DNA from: Azolla caroliniana
Lineage: Eukaryota > Plantae > Polypodiophyta
DNA length: 64,000 bases
Assembly: GCA_043228905.1 (NCBI GenBank)
Contig: JBHGNT010000017.1
Coordinates: 11,780,001 to 11,844,000 of the forward strand
Reading direction: 5' to 3'
Made by a program: the position numbers and the translations under genes. Positions within the stretch are counted from its first letter, which is position 1. The number at the start of each line of letters is the position of its first letter. Under the pieces are notes generated by a model. The model was not told the origin of the DNA. It was given only the letters and a program-made list of their open reading frames with translations, and did no database searches. Positions 25,501 to 37,900 of this stretch are shown here, piece by piece.

Positions 25501-27420
25501 GGAGAGATGACTTAGGGTGTGTGGAGTCCTCTCCCCTGACGAAGAAATTAGCGGCGCCGTGGTGGCGGTCTCTTTTCACAACACCTTGGGCGAATTACGA
25601 AAATTGGTCGGTGAAGGCCTTAAAGAAGACCGGACCGTTCCGGTTAGCTCGATGGGAATGTACGAAGTCATCGCGGACTTCGGGGAGAGGATCGGGTTGG
25701 ATCGAATGGCCCGCGTCGATACGAAGTATAAGACTGTGGACCGGAAGGTGAGGCTAGTTGCGCCACCCTTGCCGGAGGGCATCGTAGAGCAGATTAAGGG
25801 GGTCACGTCATACCCAAGTTTACAAAATCCAGCCAGCATAGGGCACCGGTTCACCGACATAATGCTACGGGAGCTCAAGGTTGGTGAGGGTGGCTTTCTA
25901 CTACCGGAGGAGGAGGACCGGTTTTGGAGAATGCTCAGAAGGCACGGGAAGGCCTTCGCATTCTCTCCGGAGGAGATCGGGTGCGTAGACCCGACAATCG
26001 TCGAGGCAATGGATATCTTCACGGTACCGCAAGTGCCGTGGAATCTCAAACCAATTCCAGTACCCAGACATCACATCCCAATGTTGATGGAGCTACTGAG
26101 GTAGAAGGTGGATATGGGCATCCTCGAACCATCGATTGCCGCATACTCGAGTCGGTGGTTCACGGTGCCAAAGAAGAATTCCACGTTGCGCTTCATACAG
26201 GACCTGCAACCGGTCAACAAGGTGACCATCTGTAGCGCAGGGATCGGGCCGACCATAGACGAGTTCGCGGAGGCCTTCGCCGGAAGGTCAATCTATTCGG
26301 TCGGTAACTTATACTCGGGGTACGGCTAGTTCCAACTAGCCGTAGAGAGCAGGGACATCACGACAATGCGGACTCCTCTCGGCTTGGTGTGGATGTGTAC
26401 CCTACCGCAAGGAGGAACGAATTCGGTGGCGCACATGGTGAACACAATGAACAAGGTGCTCAGGGACTACATCCCGGACATCACTATGCCGTTCCTAGAT
26501 GATGTACCGATAAAAGGCTGTCCGGTGGAAGATGCAAACGAAACGGTCGGGCCGGATGGATGCCGGAGGTTCATCGTGAACCACATCAACGACTGCGATA
26601 AGGAGCTGCAAAGGCTCGAGAGCGTGCGGCTCACCTTCTCCGGAGAGAAATCAAAATTGGGCAGATGGAGATCTTGGTCGTCGGACACATGTGCGGGCCC
26701 TATGGCTAGAAACCATCCATGGCAAGGTAGAAGCCATCTCCGTGATGGAGGTTGATTGCGGGTCGGTTACAAAGGTCCGTAGATTCTTAGGTGCGTGCGC
26801 GTTCTACCACATCTGGATTGCGCACTACGCACATGTCGCGGAACCAATCTACGGGCTATTGAAGAAAGGGTGTATGTTCGAGTGGAGGACGGAGCACACG
26901 GAGTCGGTCCGGAGACTAAAGGAGGCACTTGCTGCGGCACCGGCTCTCCGGAAAGCGGTTTACGGCAAGGAAGTCCCCATTTACGTGATGTTGGACACGA
27001 GCCCAATAGGGATCGGGTGGGTGATCAGTCAGGAGGACAAGGACGATGTAGAGTTCCCGATCCGGTTCGGGACGAAGGTATTGAGCGAGCGGTAGAGAGG
27101 ATACGCCCAAGTAAAGCGCGAGGAGGACAAGGATGGCATACGGTTCCCGATCCGGTTTGGGGCGAAGGTATTCAGGGAGCGGGAGCGAGGAAGCACGAGT
27201 TATGGGGTATCGTTTCGGCAGTTAAGGCCGACAAAGACTATCAGATCGGGACAGAAGTAATCATCGAGACAGACTTCCTACCGATTCTGGGTATGGTTTC
27301 CGGATGCACGACTCTGGACCTGGCGATGCTCAGGTGGATCGCATACATCAAGTCCCTAAACCCGGAGATACGACACATCTCCGGGGAGGATAACGCCATG
27401 GCCAATATGCTTTCAAGGGT
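22565..27420 (+). mobile_element. 3'-truncated Ylt1-like (fungal-type) Ty3/gypsy: 5' LTR, PBS, gag-PR, RT-RNase H
   Basis: LTR ~22565-23237 with TATAAAA near 22826; PBS at 23242; gag from 23282 (RFGGKNATSYLEAY); LVDHGS protease near 25022; RT WFTVPKKN..IQDLQPVN..LPQGGTNSVA..PFLDDVPIKG; RNase H LDTSPIG..ELWGI..IETD. Many stops. Confidence 0.82.
23242..23258 (+). promoter_or_regulatory. Primer binding site, tRNA-Trp-like (TGGTGAACTCGACATGA)
   Basis: Differs by two transitions from TGGTGAACCCGACGTGA, the recalled complement of the plant tRNA-Trp 3' end; 4 nt after the inferred LTR end. Confidence 0.7.
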
Positions 27421-28544
27421 GCCATGACTACGAAAGAATGTTCACCTTCTTTCTTGGACTCAATAGTCAATTCTTGGAATTTCTTTTCCAAAGCCATATT
27501 GGCTTGCCTCTTTTCGGCCAATTGATTCAAGGTAGTAGTGAGAAATTGCTCAATAGTGATCTCAGCTTGTGTGCGAGATGCGGATTGGAGTTGAGAGGTC
27601 TCAGTCAGAGAGATCGCTCCAATACAGTTCAAAACTTGTTCCATGATGCAAGCTATGTGTACGCAATATAAATAAGGAGGTTTAGAAAATACACAAGCAA
27701 AATGAATGCTTGAAAGTTTTATTGGAAGAACTTTATCCAAGAAAGTATCTCACGTCCTTACCCCTCTAGACATATGAGATGTGATTCGAGATCCGATAAC
27801 TATGGTGTTTTAAAAGCCATGGGTGAAAACATAGCGAAGATGTCTTTCTCGGATCTCTATCTTGAATAATCATGGCAGCTCTCTGAGGCTCAACCATGGT
27901 TCTAGCATCAATGTAATTTCCTTGTTAGCCTTAAATTAAAATGCCAACTCAGGATGTATTGATATGGTCGAGAAAGTGTATTACATGCAAAAACAAGTGC
28001 ACTCGCAAGTAGCAAGCAAATGTTATGAAAAGAAGAGAAAAATAAGTCACTACCTATAAGAGTCAAGAAGTGACGAAAACAAGGTTCAAAAACCATGTGT
28101 TGTCTACTAAACAAAAATACCATGGTTGTAATTTGCACAATTGTGACATGAGCCACAAGTTGATACAAGTGGTGGTGGTATTGTGCGCAAAGATGTAGTA
28201 CTCAAATCTATGAGTAAAACATCAATAGGGGAACTCATGTGGTTTTACTCAAATTCTAAGGCTCAATAATATGAGTTAAACCTAGATGCCCACTCAATAC
28301 GAAAAAATAGTTTACATGGAAGCATTACATCATAGGTAACACACATAAATACTTTAAACATGAAAAGAGAGTGAAGTGTGAGTGGGTAGATTACAATCAC
28401 AAGAAAATCTTAAGAAAGGGAGAAGATAACTTGTGTAATTAGAAAATAGGTAGAATAATAATCAATTAGGTGTATGAAACATTAAGCATGCAATAAGGTA
28501 AGAAACCCTAGGGTAATCAACATGCACCACCTCAAGACCACCAC

Positions 28545-28870
28545 ATCCCATAGAATCGGCCAAGTGATGGCTCAAAAGAGAGTAGAGTGGCAGAGGTAAG
28601 TGACATACACCTCGTCAAGGCCAGAACATCCCATAGAATCGGCCAAGTGATGGCTCAATAAAGGATGACATACTCAACATCATATGCAAAAGGGCCATGA
28701 GGTGAGTGTGGGTGATTGGGGCAAACACGCTGGACCCGATGCACAAGAATAATTATTATCATAAGAGATGGCTCAAGAGAGGGGAGAGTAAGAGATGCAT
28801 CACAATATGCAAAAGGGCCATGAGTTGAGCATGTGCGATCAGTGCAAACACACTCGGCCCGATGCACAAT
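28545..28870. repeat. Short direct repeats in the leader
   Basis: CATCCCATAGAATCGGCCAAGTGATGGCTCAA occurs twice (~28544, ~28627); ATATGCAAAAGGGCCATGAG...CAAACAC...CCCGATGCACAA occurs twice (~28682, ~28805). Confidence 0.8.
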
Positions 28871-31800
28871 AATAATTAAAATTGTACCATGGTAGAAAGA
28901 AGAAAGAAAGAAAAGAAAAAGTAATACAAATTTGATTCGACCAAGAAGAACGCATCGTAGAAAAGGAGAGAGAGATTGGGAAAGAAGAGTATTGGGTTAA
29001 GAATGTTCTTTTGATCCTATGAAGAGCATGATAAGCCTTGTTAGATCCTCATCACTCATACACCAAAAACATCAAAACAAAAAAAAAAGGAAAATGTTAG
29101 TAAATGCTCTGATACCACTGTTAAGAGTCTATTACTAATCAATAATAGACCAAAATAAAGTAAAAAGAAGAAAACTAGATTGGATAGAAGAACCCGTTTC
29201 ACCCGACCACCCCAAAGCTATGATTTAGACATAGCCAACCTACCATCGACGTCCCATACCGCCGGATATTAGGATGACTAAGAACTTGGAAGAGATAACA
29301 CGATCCTCGAGACGAAATCCTAGCCCGCATCACCGGTGTCTAAGACAACAATCTTCCGATGTAATGTCCTTATGAGGGTAGCTAAACCTCATATTTATAC
29401 CTCTTCCTAGGCCCCTTGAATAGATGAACCTTTTGTCATGATATGGCAAGATTCGAACCCATGAGCTTATGTTACATGGGTCGAGTCCTTGCCATTAGAC
29501 TATACATTGTAATAGGAAGGATGTTATTTTCATTTATTATTTCACTATAGAAAATTGATGTATATTCCAAATTTCTCTGGAACATTCTCGAAACTTCAGG
29601 AGTACTCCTAAAAACACTATAGAAGGAGGCACAAGGCATTATTTCGAACCCAATCGGTTCAACACCAGTCTTAAGCCTACTAGCTACTACTGTATATTCT
29701 CTTCACATAATATATATCTTTTGTTATCATCATTCTCTCTCTCTCTCTCTCTCTCTCTCACTCACTCTTTCCTTCTCTCGAGAGTTCTACTCCTCTCTTA
29801 GTACTAATCCTCATCTTTTGGTACTAATTCCTTCTCTATCTTAGTACTGTTCCTGACAGTTTGAACCAATTTTGGTCTCCTTCCTCCTCTTCCTTTTATC
29901 TTCTTACTTCTCCCTCCCTTTTATCTCTTATTCCTCTTTTCTCTCATACTATGGCCACTGTTAGCACTCAAGAATATCAATCCGTTTTCTCAGAGTTGCA
30001 ATGCTTGAAAGAGAAGTTTCTCGCATTGGAACAAGAAAATCAACGACGGTTGGGGGATCTTCAAGAAATCTCCTTAAAGAAGTAGCAGACACAACAACAA
30101 CATGGGGAACTAGCGTTATGCATGCAACAACTTGAAGCGACCATTGTAGCGTTGCAACAACAAGGACCAAGTACGCAAGGGATTCATAGAGCAACCCAAG
30201 ATCAGCCTCCCTATGAAATTGGATGGAACGCGATCATAGTTTAGAGGATTCCTTAATCAAGTACGATTAGTCATTCAAATGCGTCCTTCCCAATATCGCA
30301 CCGATGCATCATGAGTGTGTTGACCGTCCAGCCTCCGCATACGTTGCAGATTTCCATCTACTCGTCTCCGATATCCCCTGGGATGACCAAGCCTTAATGG
30401 AGCAATTTCGTTATGGCCTACGTAACGATGTCAAGGATTTACTCTTGACCTTCCCCGAAGAACCAAAGTCATTGACAGAAGCAATCAGTCGCGCAATATG
30501 ATGCAATCTCTGCCTCTTCGAACGACGTTCGGAATGTCAGTTTCAAATGCTGAGGGCAAGATCGGAGCCCACCTACGCTTCAATTGTAGCAAAGCCTTTC
30601 CCAAGGGAGTCATTTAATACGTCTCCGACAAATACTCCGATCCAATGGAAATTGACACCACACGTCATGGCAGACCACTATCGGAAGAAGAAAAGTAGCG
30701 ACATCAGGCAAATCGATTATGTCTTTATTGCGGTGGACCGGGGCATATTGCAATGAATTGTCCCCAACGGCCAGAGTCTATTTCTCTCGGTGTGTTCGAT
30801 AGTTTTAATAGCCCAAGCCTTTCAAAAAAATTTGAAGTGGTTAGTCAACTAGAAGAAAATTTAAACGATTAAGTCCAGCCAAAATAGGAGCCGTTTGGTT
30901 GGATAGCCCAAGATCTGTGTAGCCCATTAGTGGTTCCATTTCCTCTAAGCAAGTTTGCGCTGTGTTCTTAGCTCAAGTAATGGTTAGTACTGAAAGTACT
31001 CCTCTAGCACATGTCTTAGCACTCTTAGATTCTGGAGCCAACTCTTGGTTTATGGTTAAGAATGTTGCCCAAGCTCATCAGATATCCCTAAGAAAACTTT
31101 CTTGCCCAACATCTGTAGTTGTTATTGATGGTCATCCCATTGCTTCCGGAAAAATCATAGAGGATCAGAGCCGATTCAAGTTGTCCTAGATAACTTGGTG
31201 TGTGTAGTATCATTTATTATAATTAGTAGTTTAGATCATCCAATTGTCTTGGGGTTACCGTTGTTCGAATTACATAAACCAGACATAGATCGGAGAACAA
31301 GAGAAATTTGGTATCGACAAATCCAAGGATCTACTCATAAGATTCCAACCATTTCGCTACATCAATTGCGTGAGGAAGGACCCAAGGAAGCAATGTTTGT
31401 TTTCGCGGTATCAATAGAACCTTCCAGCACTACTAAAGAGGAAGCCACAGTTCAACTTCTTGAGTTCAATTCCACAGTTGTTAATCGGCTAATTACTAAC
31501 TACTACCGATACAGAAGAGTGAACGTCGCTACTCAACGTTCTAACAAGGAATTGTGTTTTACGAACGGAATTATACTATATTAATCGGTAATTACCGTGA
31601 TCGTTACTTAGTTATAAATTAGGAAGCTTACACTTAAGATCATAGACAATAGAAGGAACACAGAATCCGTACAAGATATTCCTAACTTAAACTTATATTA
31701 CTAAATAAAACGACCTTTCTTACAATGCCTTCGGTTCCCTTTTATAGGTATACCGAAGGTCTTTTCTCATCAAGAACTATTCCTACTTACTATCAAGATT

Positions 31801-31979
31801 TACAAAATTATCTAACTAACTTAGTTCTCTTCGTTTACTGCTGAGTCATTGATCCGAACAGTCGATCCGAACCGACTCTGTTTTCGACGCTTTCCCACTT
31901 GTTCGGTAAAACTGACTGTCCGGGTCCGGGTAACACTTGGCACGTCCGTGGGCCAGGACCTTGTCCAGCGAACCCACGC

Positions 31980-34900
31980 CTATTCCTGTAGCTCTTCATC
32001 CGAATCGTTCAGAATATAAAAAATCGAAGGCTCCTCTGGCCTTGGATGTATTCCACCTATATCTTCCTCTTCATCTTCATCTGTGTCACAGTCGTCCTTC
32101 GGAGCAGTTTGTGATTCGGTTGGCTGCTCTGGTTCGCTTCTTCCGGAAGCTTGAATACCAGGAGTCTTGCTGGTTCTTTCGGCTTCGATTTTATCCAACT
32201 GGACGGAAGTGCCTATATCATTTTTGTCGAATTCTTGCATAATACGTTGAATTTCTTCTCTGTAAAATGCCGCAATTTCGTCCATATCTTTCATGATATC
32301 CTCTTGGATATTGTCAATATCCTTTTGTGCCATTTTAAAAAAACCTGCACCTTGGACCTGACGGTTATTTTTGTCGACACGCAATAACTGTAATTCCGCC
32401 GCTTGTGCTGTCCATAACTTCCATCCTTGCGCAAGGGATTCATCGATCATTTTCTTTGCTAGGTTTCGATGTTTCCCTATGATGTGTTGCACTTTGTCCC
32501 TAGTGATGCTTGCGACGTATTGGGCGGTCTGCAACTCTTTCTGTAAATCCGTAATAGTGGTTCGGTTCTCACTTTCAGCTCGCATTAGTTTGGATTCGAC
32601 TACATATATATCCAGCCGTCTTTGTTCCGATATCTTCCGAATTTCGTCCAGTTGTTGTTCTAATGCCGATTTCTCTTTACTCCATTCCTCCTGCTGTTCC
32701 GTCATTCTTCTGTTGACTTCTTCAAGACTCCGCTCTTTTTCTGTCAATTGACTTTCCTGTGACACTATATACCTTTCGAATTCTTCAATTTGTTCGGTAT
32801 ATGTATGATTGGCCGTCCTAGCTTCTTTAGATTTTTCTGTAATTCGTTTATTACTTGATTTTTTTTCTTCGAGAACTTTGTATTGACCATTCTGAATGGT
32901 TTCTATTTGTTTTTCTAATTCTGTAGTTCGAAATACAACATTGTTGGCCCTTGTTGTTTCTGCTTGACGTGCTTTCTCAGCGTCCTCCAATTTCTGCTGC
33001 CATTCTGACTCCGACACCATAAGCCGTGCCTGTGTTTCCCATTTGTTTAGACTTTCCTTTAGTTCTTTATTTTCTGCCTGTATGTTACAAAACTGATGTT
33101 TCAGCACCTCCGCCGATGCTGATACACTTTTGTATCTTTCAGCCATATCACTGGCTTCTTTGCGTACCGTTTCATATTCTTTATGAATTTCGACCAGTGC
33201 TCCATGTAATGGTGGCATTTCAATAGCCTCCCCTTTATTCTGTGCACTTCTTTTCCGGCCTATTTTTTCTATCTCTGCTTTTTCTTGAGGTTCCAACACT
33301 CCTCGTAAGGCTTTCTGTATCATTATTCGGTCATTATGTTCTTGAGCCAGCCGTTCTGATACTTCTGTCAGTCTTTTATGTTGAGAAGCAAGCTCAACAT
33401 GGTATGTGATGCTTATGAGAAATAAGCTATAGTAGCTATTTAGCTACTAGTGAACAAAAAGGTAAAACAGCTATTTAGCTAGTGACAGCTAATTAGCTAG
33501 TGAACAGCTATTTAGCGACTGACAGCTAATTAGCTACTGGCAGCTAATTAGCTGCATGTGTAATAACTTACGACTTAGGTAAAAGTAAGTGAGAGAAAAA
33601 TAGGAAGTAAGCAGTAAGAGAAAAAACAGAGAATAGTGAGTAGAGAACTCTGAGAGAGAGTGAGAGACCAGAAGACTGACGAGAGCAAGTTGAGCTCTAC
33701 ATGTAATAGAAGAAAACCATTTTGCTACTACAGAGGTAAGTCCCCTTTCCTTTCTCTGTCTGTTTAGAGCACGCTAACGATCCAGCACACTACGATCCGC
33801 CGCGCACATAAGAAGAGCCCGAGTGCCTTCTTCACATTTTCTTAACATGGTATCAGAGCAGAGTAGCTCGTAACGAAGAGTATAGCAGTGCCTTAATCTA
33901 AGAAAGTTATTTCTCTGGTTGCTGATCAGAAATCAGAAAGTTACTTGTTGAAGTAACTAAAGCAAAACCCTAGTTTTTTGGAAGGAAAAAAAAATGGCTG
34001 CAGAGAATGTAGGCCAAATGGTCACAGAGAAATTAGATAAAAACAATTTCCCGGCGTGGAAATTCAGAATGACAAACTTTCTGATGGGGAAAGGATACTG
34101 GGATTACATTGAAGGAGACCTAGAAGAGGCTCCAGAGATCCCAGAAGAGAATGCAACAGCTGCACATATTAAGGCATTTAAAGATTGGAATCAAGGGGCA
34201 AGGAAGGTAATGCATTGGCTCTCACTTAGCATCTCAGATTCGATGCTTGGGCACATACAGGATGCTATGCTCCCAAAAGAAGCTTGGGACAGTTTGGTAA
34301 AACTGTTTGCAGTAAACACAAAAGCTAGAAAGCTACAGTTGAAGACTGAGCTAAACACCTTAGAAAAAGGTAAGATGTCAATAAATGAGTATGCCCTAAA
34401 AATCAAGAGTATATGTGAATCACTTGCTTCTATCAATGTGAAGACAGAAGATGATGACAAAGTGGAAATATGCTTAAGAGGCTTAGGACCTCAATACAAG
34501 AGTTTTAAAACTTCTATGCTCACAAGGGATAGTATCCCAAGTTTTTCAGATCTGGTCTCAATGCTTGTGGTAGAGGAAAGGAATCAGATGGATGATGCAA
34601 ATAAAGGAAACTCAGAGAACGAGGGGCAAGCCCTCTATAATAATGCCGGAAGAGGCCGAGGAAGAGGCCATGGAAGATTTGGCTCAGGAAGAACCAATAA
34701 TAATGGTTTTCAAGGAAGAGGACAACAAGCTCATAGAGGAGGAAACAACAACAGAGGCAGGGGGAGCAACCGAGGTAGAGGTAAGCAAACTTATGTAAAT
34801 GATGGTGGCTGCTGGTATTGTGGTAAACCAGGCCATACACAGGCTGAATGTTACAAGAAACAAAATGATGAGAAAAGAGGAAAAGGACAACAGAGTAACT

Positions 34901-37900
34901 ATGCCTCTACTAGTGAAGATTGTGAAAAGGAAGGTGGTTTTGTAGTGCAACATGAGATAGCAGCAGTGGCTGAAAGCTCACAGAAATGTAATGAAGAGTT
35001 TACGTGGTATGTAGACTCGGGGGCATCTAACCATATGACTGGACATGCAAATTGGTTTGAGAGTTTAAGAGAACCAGAGGTTCCTGGTTATGTACAAACA
35101 GGTGATGACACAACTCACCAAATAAAACATGTTGGAGATATCCCATTGTGGGAAGAAAGAGGAAAAACCAAGTATATGTTGAATGTGATGCATGTTCCAA
35201 ACCTTGCTAAGAATCTGATTTCTGTTGGACAGATTGTAGAGCAAGGTATGCAAGTGAAGTTTAAGCAAAGTGGATGCTATATAGAAAAGAATGGGAAGCT
35301 CATTGCAAAAGGGAAGAGACAAGGAAGAATGTTTATCTTGGATGTAGAAATGCCCAAACAGATTTCAGCCATGTTTGCAAATGGAACGAGTGTAATCTCA
35401 GATGTGGAAATGTGGCATAAAAGGATTGGCCATATAAGTATGCAAACATTAAAGAATATGTTGAGAAAAGATGCAGTGGCTGGACTGCCAAACTTGAAAA
35501 AGTGTGAAATGGGAAAAGTACGTGAAGCATGTCAATATGGTAAGCAAAACAGGTTGCCATTCCCTCATGAGAGACATGTAAGCAAAAATCTGTTGGATTT
35601 GGTACATACAGATGTATGGGGACCAACAAAGAATGCATCTATTGGTGGATGCAGATTTTATGTTACATTTATTGATGATTGTTCACGAAAGACATGGGTG
35701 TACTTCATGAAGGAGAAAAGTGAAGTATTTGACTGTTTTCGTAAGTTTAAATGCATGGTAGAAAAGCAGGCAGGTACAAGAATAAAATGTTTGAGATCTG
35801 ATGGAGGAGGAGAGTATTTCTCCAATGAATTTTCTGATTTTTTGTGTAATCAGGGAATAAGAAGACAGTTCACATGCCGATATACTCCACAGCAAAATGG
35901 AGTTGCTGAGAGGAAAAACTGAACTTTGGTGAACATAGCAAGGGCAATGATGACTGAGAAGAACATGCCATTATACTATTGGGCAGAAGCTGTAAATACA
36001 GCAAATTACATTTTAAATAGATGTATTACATCAGGAGTACATGAGGCAACTCCTGAAGAGTGTTTTTATGGCAGGAAGCCTAGCTTACAACACTTGAAAG
36101 TGTTTGGATGCCTTGCATATGTACATGTGCCTGCAGAAGTAAGAAGTAAGTTGGATCCAAAAGCAGAAAAATGTATCTTTGTTGGATATTCAGAAGAACA
36201 AAAAGGGTACAGATGTTATAACCCTGTGACTAAAAAGATTGTGACAAGTCGAGATGTGATATTTGATGAGTTGGCTAGTTGGTACAGCCCAAAACAGAAT
36301 CTAGAGACTGATGAAGACCGTCAAAATGAAGACAAAGACAGATCAGAAAATGTAGAAGACTGTCACAGAGATGGAGACAAGGCTGGACAGCAAAGTCCAA
36401 CATCAACAGAATGTTCTGGACCATCAAAAAGCTCAGATGGTAAATCTGATTCAAATTCATGGAGTGGAAAAACTGGACAGAAAAAATCTGATGACAAAAA
36501 AGGAAAACAGAAAATGCCAGAGTATGAAATCCCGGATGACCTATCAAAAAACATGGAAGATGAAGATTCAGATATGTCTTTGGATGATTTCCTTGGAATA
36601 CAGGAAATGAAAATCCCTGGTATGGAAAAGGCAATAAAGAATGCAAATCAGAAACTGAGAAGATCAGATAGAGAGAAAAAGACTGTGGAAAGATTTGGGT
36701 ATGATACATATATGGCTATGCACTATGCATATATGTCTAAGGTGGTACAGATCCCTGACCCAAACAGCTTTGAAGAAGCAAAATCTGAGAAGAAATGGAT
36801 GGATGCAATGCAAGAAGAGATTGATGCATTGGCTGAGAACAAAACGTGGGATTTAGTGAAGTTACCAAAAGAGAAAAATGTGGTAGGCTGCAAATGGGTC
36901 TACAAGACAAAGCATGACTCCAATGGGAATGTAAGTAGACATAAAGCAAGATTGGTTGCAAAAGGATATGCTCAGATGCAAGGGATTGATTATGATGAGA
37001 CTTTTGCACCGGTTGCAAAGATGGCAACCTTGAGAACACTACTTGCTGTAGGAGCAGCCAGAAAATGGATTTTGCATCACATGGATGTAAAAAATGCTTT
37101 TTTAGATGGTAACTTGGAAGAAGAAGTGTATATGAGTCAACCACCAGGTTTTGAAGATAAGAAACATCCTGATTATGTATGTAAGCTGAAAAAAGCTCTC
37201 TATGGACTGAAATAGGCACCAAGAGCATGGCATAGAGAACTTTCAGATTCTCTGAAAAATCTTGGTTTCAAAATGTCAAAAGCTGATCCTTCTTTGTATG
37301 TAAAAAGTGAAAATGATTGCATTGTTATTATTCTGATTTATGTAGATGATTTGATTATTGGAGGAGATTCCGTGGATGAAATAAGAAAGTTGAAAAAAAA
37401 TCTGGAAATGCAGTTTCATATGAAAGATTTGGGAGATCTGAGATATTTTCTTGGTATTGAAATCATCAGATCTGAAAGTGGTATATGTATGTTGCAAAAA
37501 CAGTATGCAACAACTATGTTGAAAAAGTATGGTATGCTTGGATGCAAACCTATTGCTGTACCACTTGATAAAAACTGCAAGTTGGGGGCTGATTTGGGAG
37601 CCAAAATAGAAGATGTAAACATGTACAGGTCTATGGTGGGCAGCCTTATTTATTTGACCATAACAAGACCTGATTTGAGTTATGCAGTTGGATTAGTCAG
37701 CCAATTTATGCAACAGCCAACAAAGCCACATTTGGACTGCATCAGAAGGATTCTGAGGTATGTAAAAGCAACTCAGAACTTTGGACTATTTTACAGGGCT
37801 GATCTAGACATAAATCTGGAAGGATATACAGATGCTGATTGGGCTGGAAGCCAAACAGACAGGAGATCCACAAGTGGATACATGTTTACCTTGGGAAGTG

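Noticed and set aside
31936-31990. A real tRNA gene or tRNA-derived SINE at the CCA motif
   Set aside because: No D-arm/box A or anticodon arm upstream (it is ORF3 coding sequence), no tail or TSD, and only 7 nt between T-stem and CCA.
31980-33323. Host myosin/SMC-like coiled-coil gene, or an envelope gene
   Set aside because: It lies between the element's LTRs, is intronless, has homologues in three other copies and shows no hydrophobic membrane span.
35920-35922. Programmed stop readthrough in copia 33379
   Set aside because: The stop is inside the integrase core at a conserved Arg; CGA>TGA explains it.
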